Shown here: piece by piece, positions 35,206-44,707 of the stretch
How the letters are laid out: every line of letters begins with the position of its first letter
How positions within the stretch are numbered: the stretch's first letter is position 1
Origin: Elusimicrobiota bacterium
GTDB taxonomy: Bacteria; Elusimicrobiota; Elusimicrobia; Elusimicrobiales; UBA9959
Reading direction: 5' to 3'
NCBI GenBank assembly: GCA_027340875.1
Contig: DAIENX010000076.1
Span: 1 to 56,116, forward strand
DNA length: 56,116 nucleotides
Translations under genes and position numbers: made by a program
The notes under the pieces: generated by a model
What the model was told of the DNA's origin: nothing
Database searches by the model: none
The model's input: only the letters and a program-made list of their open reading frames with translations

Positions 35206-36261
35206 ATGGAAGAACAGAACAGCAGCGCAGCTTTACCCCCTGAGACGCCGCCGCCCGCGCGGCAGGAGCCGTCCCAGGCCAAACCGCCGGCGGCGGGCCG
35301 GGGCTCGGCCTTCTGGCTCAAGCTGCTGGCCGGCCTGTACGCGCTTTCGCTGGCGGCCGCGGTGCTGGTGATATACCGGGCCGACGCCGCGCGCAAGGCC
35401 GCGCCCAAGGAGATGGACCTCTCCAAGCTGGCCGGCCTCGCCAAGAAGAAGGACGGCGTGGCCGTGATACCGATATACGGCGCCATCAGCCAGTCCAATT
35501 CCTCGCGCTCGTGGGAGCGCGGCAGCGAGCAGACCGCCAAGCGCATCAAGGAGATGGCCGACAAGAAGGACGTGAAAGCCATAGTGCTGGACATCAACAG
35601 CCCCGGCGGCTCCGTAGGCGCCGTGCAGGAGATCTATTCCGCGGTCCTGAAGGCCAAGGCGGAGACCAGGAAGCCGTTCATCGCCCGCTTCGGCGAGGTC
35701 TCGGCCAGCGGCGGCTACTACGTGGCTTCCGCCTGCGACAAGATCATAGCCCACCCCGGCACCATAACCGGCTCCATAGGCGTGATCTTCAGCGTCGGCA
35801 ACCTCGAGGGCCTGATGAAGAAGATCGGCTACCGGAGCGAGGTAGTCAAGTCCGGCAAGTTCAAGGACATAGGTTCGGTGTTCCGCGAGATGACCACGGA
35901 GGAGCGCAAGCTGCTGCAGGGCATGATAGACGACTCCTACGACCAGTTCGTCACGGCGGTATCCGACGGCAGGAAGATGCCGGTGGAGAAGGTCAAGGAG
36001 CTGGCCGACGGCCGCATCTTCACCGGGCGCCAGGCGCTCGGCATAGGGCTGGTGGACAAGCTGGGCGACCTGCGCGACGCCGTGGACCTGGCAGGGGACG
36101 CGGCGGGCCTCGGCAAGAACCCCCGCGTGATAACCGAGGGCGATCCGCTCGAGGAGTTCCTGTCGCTGATCGATACCAAGCTCTCGCTGCCCGGCCTCGG
36201 GGCCGCGGCCGAGGCGGTGCAGGCCCCCAGGCTGGAGTACCGCTGGGACGGCCGCATATGA
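35206..36261 (+). CDS. sppA: Signal peptide peptidase (S49)
   Basis: INSPGG, SASGGYYVA, TGSIGV, KSGKFKD, ADGRIFTG motifs. Confidence 0.95.
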   Translation: MEEQNSSAALPPETPPPARQEPSQAKPPAAGRGSAFWLKLLAGLYALSLAAAVLVIYRADAARKAAPKEMDLSKLAGLAKKKDGVAVIPIYGAISQSNSSRSWERGSEQTAKRIKEMADKKDVKAIVLDINSPGGSVGAVQEIYSAVLKAKAETRKPFIARFGEVSASGGYYVASACDKIIAHPGTITGSIGVIFSVGNLEGLMKKIGYRSEVVKSGKFKDIGSVFREMTTEERKLLQGMIDDSYDQFVTAVSDGRKMPVEKVKELADGRIFTGRQALGIGLVDKLGDLRDAVDLAGDAAGLGKNPRVITEGDPLEEFLSLIDTKLSLPGLGAAAEAVQAPRLEYRWDGRI

Positions 36262-36803
36262 GCTTCGTGGATACGCTGGGCGCCGTGGTCGACGACCCGG
36301 CGCTGCTCGGCGCGGAAGCGAAGCCGGCGGGCCTGGGCAGGACCGGCATGCTCGGCTATTTCGCCGGGGCGCTCGGCCTCTTCGTCTTCCTGCGCATGTA
36401 TTCGGCGGTGCCGCCCGGGTTCTTCTCGTTCGGGGTGGTGTTCCTGCTGCTGCTGGCGCTGGAGTTCTTCGTGGCCGGGACGATACACCTGTTCATGGAG
36501 CTCACAGGGGCTTCCGGCAGGGCGGGCCGGCTGTTCCAGGCCTTCGGCCTAACGGACTTCCTGATGACGGCGCTGGTGCCGGCGGGGTTCCTGGCCAAGG
36601 CCGGGCTGCTGGGGCCTATGCTCTGGTATACGCTCTGCGCGCTGCTGCTGATCTACGCCAGGGTGCGGCTGGTGCGCAGGCTCTACCCGGTGTCGGCCAA
36701 CAAGGCGACGCTCTCCGTGCTGCTGCCCTACGCCGGGCTTTTCGTCTTCCTGTTCCTCGCCTGGGTCTATTCCCTGGCGTGGCTGATCTGGCTGATGGTC
36801 TGA
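36258..36803 (+). CDS. Yip1-like membrane protein
   Basis: ATGA overlap with sppA; about five hydrophobic helices (3' part of ORF 35511-36803). Confidence 0.7.
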   Translation: MSFVDTLGAVVDDPALLGAEAKPAGLGRTGMLGYFAGALGLFVFLRMYSAVPPGFFSFGVVFLLLLALEFFVAGTIHLFMELTGASGRAGRLFQAFGLTDFLMTALVPAGFLAKAGLLGPMLWYTLCALLLIYARVRLVRRLYPVSANKATLSVLLPYAGLFVFLFLAWVYSLAWLIWLMV

Positions 36804-36805
36804 AC

Positions 36806-37534
36806 ATGTCCAAGATCCCCCAGGTGAAGGAGTTCGCCGGCCTGCCGGTGCTGACGGCCTCCGGGATGAAGCGGCTCGACGAGCTGGCCACCTCGGAGTA
36901 CGCCGTCCCGTCGGTCACGCTGATGGAGAACGCCGGCGCGGCCGTGGCCGCGGCCTCGCTGGAATTCGCCGCGGCGGAGCTGGGGAAGAAGCCGGAGGAG
37001 CTCAAGGCCGCGGTCTGCTGCGGCAAGGGCAACAACGGCGGGGACGGCCTCGTCGCGGCCCGCTATCTGAAGCAGGCCGGGGCTTCCGTTAAGGCCTTCA
37101 TCCTGCCGCCGAAGGACACCGGCTACGGCGAACTGGTGGTGAAGAACCTCGAGGCCGCCAGGACCGCGGGCGTGACCGTTACGATGACCCGCAAGGAGGA
37201 GCTCGACGCCCTGGCGGCCGAGCTCTCCTCCTCCGACCTGCTGCTCGACGCGCTGCTGGGCGTCAGCTCGGTCGGCAAGCCCACAGGGCCTGTGCACCGG
37301 GTCATCCAGCTGATGAACAAGAGCGGCAGGCCGATAATCGCCGTTGACATACCGTCCGGCCTGAGCCCGGATACCGGGCATCACAGCGGCGTCTTCGTGA
37401 TCGCCAGGCTGACCCTGACGCTGGGCCTGGCGAAGACCGGCCTGATGGCCGCCCACGCGCAGAAGAACACCGGCGTCATAAAGGTCCTGCCGATAGGCTA
37501 CCCGCAGGAACTGATAGACAGGGCCCGCCGCTGA
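36806..37534 (+). CDS. nnrE: NAD(P)H-hydrate epimerase (stand-alone YjeF_N)
   Basis: LMENAG, CGKGNNGGDGLVAAR, DALLG, AVDIPSG motifs. Confidence 0.93.
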   Translation: MSKIPQVKEFAGLPVLTASGMKRLDELATSEYAVPSVTLMENAGAAVAAASLEFAAAELGKKPEELKAAVCCGKGNNGGDGLVAARYLKQAGASVKAFILPPKDTGYGELVVKNLEAARTAGVTVTMTRKEELDALAAELSSSDLLLDALLGVSSVGKPTGPVHRVIQLMNKSGRPIIAVDIPSGLSPDTGHHSGVFVIARLTLTLGLAKTGLMAAHAQKNTGVIKVLPIGYPQELIDRARR

Positions 37535-37562
37535 CGGCGGCGCCGGGCTGCCGGCGTACCAT

Positions 37563-39122
37563 ATGAGCTTCTCCATCAAGGACCTGCCCTCCTGGACGCG
37601 CTACGCCGCGGTCTTCCTGTTCGCCTTGGTCCTGCGGGCGGTCTTCCTGCATCAGTGGTCGGTCCTCCCTTATCTTTCCGCTCTCAGCTCCGACGCCTGG
37701 GCTTACGACAGGCAGGCCATGGAGATACTCTCCGGCGGCCTGCTGAGAGGGAGCGCTTTCTACCAGTCCCCGTTCTACCCGTATTTCCTTGCCGCGGTTT
37801 ACAAAGTCGTCGGGCATCACCCGGCGGCCGTGCTGTGGCTGCAGGCCGCGGCCGACGCCGGCTCCTGCGTGCTGGCGATGCTGATCGGCGAGCGGGCCTT
37901 CGGGCGACGGGCCGGCGTCTGGGCCGGCCTGCTCTGCGCGCTGTACCGGCCGTTCATCTTCGCCGCGGCCGTGCCCGGCAAGGAGACGCTGGCCGTGTTC
38001 TCGACGCTGCTCTTCGCTCTGCTGGCCCTGAAGGCGGCCGAAAGCGGGCGGGGCCGGGACTACTTCTTCTGCGGTCTGGCAGGCGGCTGGGCCGCCCTGC
38101 TGCGCAGCAACGTCCTGCTGCTGCCGGCGGCCCTGCTGCTGCATCTCTTCCTGCGCGGCGGGTCAGGCCGCGCGCGGAAGGCGGTATTCCCGCTGCTGCT
38201 CGGGGCGGCCCTGCCGGTGCTGCCGGTCACGCTGCACAATCTCGCGGCCAGCCGCGACTTCGTGCTGATAAACTACAACGGCGGCTTCACGTTCTTCCTC
38301 GGCAACAACCCTTCCGCCACCGGCGCAGGCATCTATCCCGCCGGCTTCAGCTCCAACCCGCTGTTCGAGGAGAGCCAGCCGGCCGCGCTGGCGGAGCTGG
38401 CCGCCGGCCGGAAGCTGAAACCGTCGGAGATATCCCGCTACTGGCTGCGCCGCGGGCTTTCCTTCATCGTTCACGATCCGTGGCGCTGGCTGAAGCTCAC
38501 GGCGGCCAAGCTGTACCTGTTCTGGAACCGCTACGAGATACCGGACAACTACGACCTGCAGTTCATCGGCGGCAATTTCCGCACGCTTCTGGCCTGGCCG
38601 CTGGTATCTTTCGCGCTCTTAGGCTGCCTGGGCGCGGCCGGGCTGTTCCTCTGCCGGAGAGGGGAGGCGGCAGGCCTAGGGGCGCTGCTGTTCCTGGCAT
38701 ACCTGCTCTCGCTGCTCCCTTTCTGGATGGCGGACCGCTACCGCCTGCCCGCCGCGGCCCTGCTGCTGCCGCTGGCCGCCGGGGCGCTGGAGCACGCCGC
38801 GGCCTTCCTGGCCGCCGGGAAGTACAACGCCGCCGCGCGCCCTTTCCTGCTGGCCGCGCCTCTGATGCTGCTCTGCCTGCTGCCCACGCCGCTCGACCGC
38901 CGCGTGGCGGAGGCCTCCGGCTGGTCGCAGCTGGGGCTCGTCTGGGCCGAGAACGGCGAGGGGAAGAAGGCGGCTGAAGCTTTCGGCAGGGCGGCGGAGA
39001 CGGACGCCTCCAGCCCTTCCTGCGCCGAGGCGGAGGCCGCGGCGGATTATCTCGAGAAGCGGGGGGACACGAACGCCGCCGCCGGGCTGCGCGCGAGATA
39101 CTGTAACGGCAGGGGGGGCTAG
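37563..39122 (+). CDS. PMT/GT39-like membrane glycosyltransferase with C-terminal TPR-like region
   Basis: DAWAYD, PFYPYFLA, LRSN, NGGFTFFLGNN, RYRLP motifs. Confidence 0.8.
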   Translation: MSFSIKDLPSWTRYAAVFLFALVLRAVFLHQWSVLPYLSALSSDAWAYDRQAMEILSGGLLRGSAFYQSPFYPYFLAAVYKVVGHHPAAVLWLQAAADAGSCVLAMLIGERAFGRRAGVWAGLLCALYRPFIFAAAVPGKETLAVFSTLLFALLALKAAESGRGRDYFFCGLAGGWAALLRSNVLLLPAALLLHLFLRGGSGRARKAVFPLLLGAALPVLPVTLHNLAASRDFVLINYNGGFTFFLGNNPSATGAGIYPAGFSSNPLFEESQPAALAELAAGRKLKPSEISRYWLRRGLSFIVHDPWRWLKLTAAKLYLFWNRYEIPDNYDLQFIGGNFRTLLAWPLVSFALLGCLGAAGLFLCRRGEAAGLGALLFLAYLLSLLPFWMADRYRLPAAALLLPLAAGALEHAAAFLAAGKYNAAARPFLLAAPLMLLCLLPTPLDRRVAEASGWSQLGLVWAENGEGKKAAEAFGRAAETDASSPSCAEAEAAADYLEKRGDTNAAAGLRARYCNGRGG

Positions 39123-39865
39123 GGCTTGGGCAGCAGGGCGGAAAGCTTGGCGGAGAGCTCCGCCAGGTGCGCGCGCAGCCGCGGCTGCTTCTTCAGCATC
39201 AGCGGCAGCAGGGTCTTCCTTATCCAGTTGCGGGTATAATGCTCGTCCTCGTTGGTGTGGTCCTTCCTCGACGACAGCTCGTTCGCCTTGAGGTAGGCTT
39301 CTATGTCCGCCCGCGAGACCGCCAGCAGGGGGCGTATCAGGTCCACGCGTTTCCCGCCGCGGCGGCACAGCTCCCTGCGCTCAGGGATGCCTAGGAGGCC
39401 TTTCGGCTCCGTCCCCCTGAGCAGGTTGAGTATCACCGTTTCGGCGTGGTCGTCGGCGTGATGGGCGGTGGCCACGAGGCGGCAGCCTTTCTTCAGGGCC
39501 GTAGCCGAAAGCAGGCGGTAGCGGGCGTTGCGGGCGGCGTGCTCCAGGCTTTCGCCGCGGGCCTTCGCCAGCTTCCGGACGTCCGCCGAGAGGATGGAAG
39601 CTGTCAGCCCGTATTCCGCCGCCAGCCTCTTCACGAAGGCGGCGTCGGCGTCCGCGGCTTTTCCGCGCAGTTTGTGGTTGACGTGGCAGACGTGCAGCTT
39701 CAGCCTGTGCGAGCGGGCCTGCCCGGAGAAGAAGTGCAGCATGGCCACGGAATCCGGCCCGCCGGAAACGGCCAGCAGTATCGAGTCGCCGTCGTGGAAC
39801 AGGCGCCTGCGGCGGGCGTTGGCGTTGACCCGGTTCCAGAAGCCCAGCGTTACGGCTTTGTCCAT
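39119..39865 (-). CDS. tilS: tRNA(Ile)-lysidine synthase (short form)
   Basis: AVSGGPDS, HVNHKLRG, ARNARY, TAHHADD, IRPLL, RNWIR motifs. Confidence 0.92.
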   Translation of the reverse strand: MDKAVTLGFWNRVNANARRRRLFHDGDSILLAVSGGPDSVAMLHFFSGQARSHRLKLHVCHVNHKLRGKAADADAAFVKRLAAEYGLTASILSADVRKLAKARGESLEHAARNARYRLLSATALKKGCRLVATAHHADDHAETVILNLLRGTEPKGLLGIPERRELCRRGGKRVDLIRPLLAVSRADIEAYLKANELSSRKDHTNEDEHYTRNWIRKTLLPLMLKKQPRLRAHLAELSAKLSALLPKP

Positions 39866-39903
39866 AGGATATTGAGATTATAGCAAAGCGGCGCCGGGCG
39901 TAA

Positions 39904-39947
39904 TTTACAAGGAATTTACCACTTGCCGGGCCGCTCTGTTATAGAAT
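39904..39947 (+). promoter_or_regulatory. Pho box and -10 upstream of phoB
   Basis: TTTACA (39904) and TTTACC (39915) at 11-bp spacing; TAGAAT 39942-39947. Confidence 0.7.
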
Positions 39948-39964
39948 ATATCCAGGAGAGCCGC

Positions 39965-40660
39965 ATGAACGAAAAGATCCTTGTGGTCGAGGACGAACGC
40001 GACATAGCCCGGATGGTGGAGTACAACCTGAAGAAGGAGGGCTACCGGCCGCTAGTTCTTCATGACGGCTCCTTCGCCGCCGCCACCGCCGCCAAGGAGA
40101 AGCCGGCCCTGATACTCCTCGACCTGATGCTGCCGGGGCTGGACGGTCTTGAGGTCTGCCGGAGGCTCAAGGCCGACGCGAAGACCGCGGCCATCCCGAT
40201 AATAATGCTCACCGCCAAGGGCGAGGAGTCGGACAAGGTGCTGGGCCTCGGCCTCGGCGCCGACGACTACGTCACCAAGCCTTTCAGCCTCAAGGAGCTG
40301 CTGGCCCGCGTGCAGGCCGTCCTGCGCCGCTCCGCCGCCGCCCCGGCTCCGGCGCCGGAGAAGCTCAGCGCCGGCGACATAGAGCTGGACGCCGCCCGCG
40401 TGGAGGTGCGCCTCAAGGGAGCGCCGCTGGAGCTGACCTCCAAGGAGTTCGAGCTGCTGAAGGCCCTGATGGCCGCCGGCGAGCGCGTGCTGACCCGCGA
40501 GGAACTGCTCGAGAAGGCCTGGGGCATGGACGCCTCGCTGGAGCTCGAGACCCGCACCGTGGACGTGCACGTGGGCACGCTGCGCCGCAAGCTGAAGAAG
40601 GAAGGCCGGCGCATAGTGACCGTGAAGAACTACGGCTACCGCTTCGAGGGCGGCAGATGA
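39965..40660 (+). CDS. phoB: OmpR-family response regulator PhoB/PhoP
   Basis: REC domain (LLDLMLP, GADDYVTKPF) plus winged helix (TRTVDVHV); pst context. Confidence 0.9.
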   Translation: MNEKILVVEDERDIARMVEYNLKKEGYRPLVLHDGSFAAATAAKEKPALILLDLMLPGLDGLEVCRRLKADAKTAAIPIIMLTAKGEESDKVLGLGLGADDYVTKPFSLKELLARVQAVLRRSAAAPAPAPEKLSAGDIELDAARVEVRLKGAPLELTSKEFELLKALMAAGERVLTREELLEKAWGMDASLELETRTVDVHVGTLRRKLKKEGRRIVTVKNYGYRFEGGR

Positions 40661-42429
40661 GGGACCTCTTCAAGACCTTCCGTTTCCGTCTGTTCCTTTC
40701 CTATCTCGCCCTTTCCGCCGTGGTGCTCGGCGCCGCCTATTTCCTGGTCTACCGCAGGGTCGAGGGCGCGGAGCTGGCCTCGCTCAAGGCCAAGCTTTCC
40801 GAGGAGGCGTCGCTGGCCTCCGCCCGGCTCGGCCCGGCCGACCTCCATGCTCCTCACATCAACGAGCTGGCGCATTCCCTGGGCTCCCGCGTGCATTCTC
40901 GCGTCACTGTCATCAACGCCGACGGCCGCGTGCTAGCCGACTCCGAGCTGGACGAGGCCGGCGTGAAGAGCATGGAGAACCACGCCGGGCGCCCGGAGGT
41001 GGAAGGCGCCATGGCCGGCGTCCCTTCCTACGACCTGCGCACCTCCGCGACGCTGGGCAAGGCAATGCTCTACGCCGCGTACCCGGTCAGGATGAAGGGC
41101 GGCAGGGCCGAGGCCGTGGCGCGGCTGGCCGTACCCGCCACCGAGATAGAGGCCTCGCGGGCCATGCTCAGGAGGTCCCTGCTGGCGGCGCTGGCGCTGG
41201 CGCTGCTGTTCTCGCTGCTGCTCAGTCTGGCGGTCTCCTCCGGCTTCTCGCGGCCTTTCGATAAGATCGTCTACGCCTCCAAGAAGTTCGCGGCCGGGGA
41301 GTTCTCCTACCGCATCCGCAGGGATTTCCACGGAGAGACCGGCAAGCTGGCCGGAACGCTGAATTCCATGGCCGCCTCGATAGAAGAGAGCCTCAGGCGC
41401 GTGGAGCTGCAGTCGCAGCAGCTCTCGGCGGCCTTCAACGCGATGGCCGACGGCGTGCTGATGACCGGCGCCGATTCCGCGGTGACCGCGCTGAATCCCG
41501 CCATGCGCGTGATGTTCGGCGTCAGGGAACCGGAGGCCATCGGCAGGCCGCTGCTCGAGGTGATCCCCAACGCCGCGCTCGGCGCCCTGTGCGCCCGCGT
41601 GGTCTACGAGGGGAATCCTCTCTCAGGAGAGGTGGAGCTTTCCGTGCCGGTCAAGGGAGTCTTCGCCGTGAGCGCCGCGCCGCTGACCACGGGTGGGCGC
41701 GTTACCGGCTGCATAGCCGTGGTGCGCGACGTCACCGCGCCGCGCCGGCTGGACGCGATGCGCCGGGATTTCGTGGCCAACGTCTCGCACGAGCTGAAAA
41801 CCCCGCTCACGGCCATCAGGGGCTGCGCCGAGACCCTGCTGTCCGGCGCGCTGGAGGACAAGGAGCACGGTCCGGGCTTCGCGCGCAGCATCTTCGACCA
41901 GGCCTCCAGGCTCGATAACATCGTAAGCGACCTGTTGAAGCTCTCCTCGCTCGAGGCTCCTTCCGCCGCGCTGAAGAAGGAGCGCGTGGAACTCAGGAAG
42001 CTGGTCGATACGCACATGGCCGGCCTCGCGCCCGTCATAGGCGCCAGGAAGGCCCGCGTGACCAATTCCGTGCCGGAAGGACTCTCCGTACAGGCCGACC
42101 CGGGCAAGCTGGGCCAGGTGCTCATCAACCTGATAGACAACGCCGTCAAGTTCTGCGCCGGCGTCCCCGAGGTGGACATCTCCGCGGCGGAGCTGCCGGA
42201 CGCCGTCAGGCTTACGGTCAACGACAACGGCATAGGAATACCCGCCGAGGCCCTGCCCAGGGTGTTCGAGCGCTTCTACCGCGTGGACAAGGCCCGTTCC
42301 CGTGAGATGGGGGGAACGGGCCTCGGGCTCTCCATAGTCAAGCACGTGGCCGAGCTGCACGGCGGCTCCGCCGGCGCCGAGAGCGTCGAGGGCCGCGGCA
42401 GTTCCTTCTGGATAACCCTCCCTAAGTAG
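40657..42429 (+). CDS. phoR: Sensor histidine kinase PhoR (HAMP-PAS-HisKA-HATPase)
   Basis: MENHAGRPEV, FVANVSHELKTPLT, FERFYRVDKARSR, GGTGLGLSIVKH. Confidence 0.93.
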   Translation: MRDLFKTFRFRLFLSYLALSAVVLGAAYFLVYRRVEGAELASLKAKLSEEASLASARLGPADLHAPHINELAHSLGSRVHSRVTVINADGRVLADSELDEAGVKSMENHAGRPEVEGAMAGVPSYDLRTSATLGKAMLYAAYPVRMKGGRAEAVARLAVPATEIEASRAMLRRSLLAALALALLFSLLLSLAVSSGFSRPFDKIVYASKKFAAGEFSYRIRRDFHGETGKLAGTLNSMAASIEESLRRVELQSQQLSAAFNAMADGVLMTGADSAVTALNPAMRVMFGVREPEAIGRPLLEVIPNAALGALCARVVYEGNPLSGEVELSVPVKGVFAVSAAPLTTGGRVTGCIAVVRDVTAPRRLDAMRRDFVANVSHELKTPLTAIRGCAETLLSGALEDKEHGPGFARSIFDQASRLDNIVSDLLKLSSLEAPSAALKKERVELRKLVDTHMAGLAPVIGARKARVTNSVPEGLSVQADPGKLGQVLINLIDNAVKFCAGVPEVDISAAELPDAVRLTVNDNGIGIPAEALPRVFERFYRVDKARSREMGGTGLGLSIVKHVAELHGGSAGAESVEGRGSSFWITLPK

Positions 42430-42439
42430 TCCCCTTTCC

Positions 42440-42477
42440 TTTACCGGGATTTTACCCGCCCTTTAAACCGCTTTAAC
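42440..42477 (+). promoter_or_regulatory. Pho box array upstream of porin-pstS
   Basis: TTTACC 42440, TTTACC 42451, TTTAAA 42462, TTTAAC 42472. Confidence 0.7.
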
Positions 42478-42528
42478 GCGGCTTTCCTACACTATTGCCG
42501 TGGAAAACTTAGAACGGATGGTGAACTA

Positions 42529-43743
42529 ATGAGATCAAAGATTATCTGGACGGCCGCGCTGCTGGCGCTCTCCGCTTCCGCGGCGAAGGCCTCCGACATG
42601 GGCCCGCTGCTGGACAAGCTGGCGGAGAAGAACATCATTACCGCCGACGAGGCGCGGCAGCTGAAGGCCGGGCAGGAGTCCGGGGCTGACCTCCCTTCCT
42701 GGCTGAAGACCCTGAAATTCCGCGGCGACATGCGCCTGCGCGCGGACTCTATAGATAACAGCGCGCTGGCATACCGCGAGCACCGCGGCCGCCTGCGGCT
42801 GCGCGCGGGTCTCGAGGCCGTCGTTAACGACGGCTGGACGGCCGGTTTCGGCCTGGCCAGCGGCTCCAGCGCCGACTCCCGATCGACCAACCAGACGCTG
42901 AACTCCAACTTCTCTAAGATAAACATATACCTCGACTACGCCTTCGCTGAATATAAGCGCGGCGTCTTTACCTTCTACGGCGGCCGCATGCGCAACCCGC
43001 TCTGGACCGCCAGCGACATGCTCTGGGACGGGGACATAAATCCCGGCGGCGCCGCGTTCAAGCTGGCCTCGCGGGCCAAGAGCGGTTTAAAGCCCTTCGC
43101 GACCGCGGCATGGTTAGCGCTGGACGAAAGCGCTTCCAACCCCAGGGACCCGTTCCTCGCCGCCGGACAGGCCGGTTTCGGCTGGAGCGGCGCGGATAAG
43201 CTGGACATTATGGCGGCCGTGACGTATTACGGCTTCGGCAACGTGAAGGGCGCCGCGGAGCTGGCCAACCGGCCCTCCACGACCTCCGGCTACATAAAGG
43301 CGAACAGGCTCTCAGGCGCCGCGTACCATTACGGTTACGACGCGGTCTCGGTCGACTTCGAGTTGAACAAGGTCTTCTCCGCGCCGTTCCTGGTCGACGC
43401 CGACTACCTCGGGCTCTTCGGCAGCGCGGTCAAGAGCACGGACCATTCCGTCCGGGACTTCGGCTGGATAGCCGGCGTCAAGCTGGGCCAGCGCAAGGTG
43501 GAGAGCTTCGGCCAGTGGCAACTGCGCTGCAGCTACCGCCGCCTTGAGGCCGACGCCTGGGTGGATACGTACCCCGACTCGGACTTCTACGGCGGTTCCA
43601 CGGGGGTCCAGGGCTCCGAGGCCCTGCTGGCGCTTGGCGTCGTGAAGAACGTGAACATAGAGGCCGACTACTATTCGGCCCGCAGGATAGCCGGCTCCGG
43701 GAAGGAGCACCTGCTGCAGCTGGACCTGAACCTGAAGTTCTGA
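42529..43743 (+). CDS. Putative (phosphate-related) porin
   Basis: Signal peptide; GDMRLR, RLRLRAG, STNQTL, WDGDINP motifs; C-terminal LNLKF; pst context. Confidence 0.8.
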   Translation: MRSKIIWTAALLALSASAAKASDMGPLLDKLAEKNIITADEARQLKAGQESGADLPSWLKTLKFRGDMRLRADSIDNSALAYREHRGRLRLRAGLEAVVNDGWTAGFGLASGSSADSRSTNQTLNSNFSKINIYLDYAFAEYKRGVFTFYGGRMRNPLWTASDMLWDGDINPGGAAFKLASRAKSGLKPFATAAWLALDESASNPRDPFLAAGQAGFGWSGADKLDIMAAVTYYGFGNVKGAAELANRPSTTSGYIKANRLSGAAYHYGYDAVSVDFELNKVFSAPFLVDADYLGLFGSAVKSTDHSVRDFGWIAGVKLGQRKVESFGQWQLRCSYRRLEADAWVDTYPDSDFYGGSTGVQGSEALLALGVVKNVNIEADYYSARRIAGSGKEHLLQLDLNLKF

Positions 43744-43781
43744 CCGGCCCGCGACTCATTGAAAACGAACGGAGAAAAACC

Positions 43782-44597
43782 ATGAAAACTAACATAAAGA
43801 TGATGATGATCCCCGCCCTGGCCCTCGCCCTGGCCGCGCCTGTCAAAGCCGGCGCCAAGGTGGTGCTGGAAGGCTCCACCACGGTGCTGCCGATAGCGCA
43901 GAAGGCGGCCGAAGTGTTCATGCAGGAGCATAAGGACGCCGACATCTCGGTGCGCGGCGGAGGCTCCGGCGTGGGCATAGCCTCCATCCTCGACGGGGCC
44001 TGCGACATAGCGGACGCCTCCCGCGCCATACAGCCCAAGGAGATAGAGAAGGCCAAGGCGGCCGGCAAGGACATAAGGCCGACGGTGGTCGCCATGGACG
44101 GCATAGCGGCCGTGGTGAACCCTTCCAACAAGGTCAACGGCCTGACCCGCGAGCAGCTCAGGAAGATCTATACTTCCCGCGCGAAGAACTGGAAGGAGTT
44201 CGGCGGACCTGACCTCAGGATAGTCGTGGTCTCCCGCGACACCTCCAGCGGCACTTTCGAGGCTTTCAGCGAGCTGGTGCTGGAAAAGCGTAAGGTGCGC
44301 CCCGACGCCATAATGCAGGCCTCCAACCAGGCCGTGGCCGGCATCGTGGCGCGCACCCCTGGCGCCATAGGTTACGTCGGACTCGGCTATCTGGGTTCCT
44401 CGGTCAAGGCGCTCGCCGTGGACGGCGTTAAGCCCTCCGTGGAAACCGTGCTCAAGCGCAAGTACCCGGTGTCCCGTCCGCTCTATATGTACACCAACGG
44501 GGCGCCTGCCGGCGCCGTCAAGGATTTCCTGGACTTCGTGAAGAGCAAGGCGGGCCAGAAGATAGTCGGGGAAGAGGGTTTCGTAGCTCTCCCGTAA
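43782..44597 (+). CDS. pstS: Phosphate ABC transporter substrate-binding protein
   Basis: EGSTTVLP, GGGSGVG, SRDTSSGT, YPVSRPLY. Confidence 0.95.
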   Translation: MKTNIKMMMIPALALALAAPVKAGAKVVLEGSTTVLPIAQKAAEVFMQEHKDADISVRGGGSGVGIASILDGACDIADASRAIQPKEIEKAKAAGKDIRPTVVAMDGIAAVVNPSNKVNGLTREQLRKIYTSRAKNWKEFGGPDLRIVVVSRDTSSGTFEAFSELVLEKRKVRPDAIMQASNQAVAGIVARTPGAIGYVGLGYLGSSVKALAVDGVKPSVETVLKRKYPVSRPLYMYTNGAPAGAVKDFLDFVKSKAGQKIVGEEGFVALP

Positions 44598-44646
44598 GCA
44601 GAAGCCGGGCGATCAGGAAGCCGGCCGGAGGGGCCGGCTTCCCTGT

Positions 44647-44700
44647 TTTACACGGAATTTACAGGCTCTTTATGGAGTCTTGACCCCGGCGCGTTATACT
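44647..44700 (+). promoter_or_regulatory. Pho box array and -10 upstream of pstC
   Basis: TTTACA 44647, TTTACA 44658, TTTAT 44669, TTGAC 44680 (11-bp period); TATACT 44695-44700. Confidence 0.75.
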
Positions 44701-44707
44701 ATCGGGA

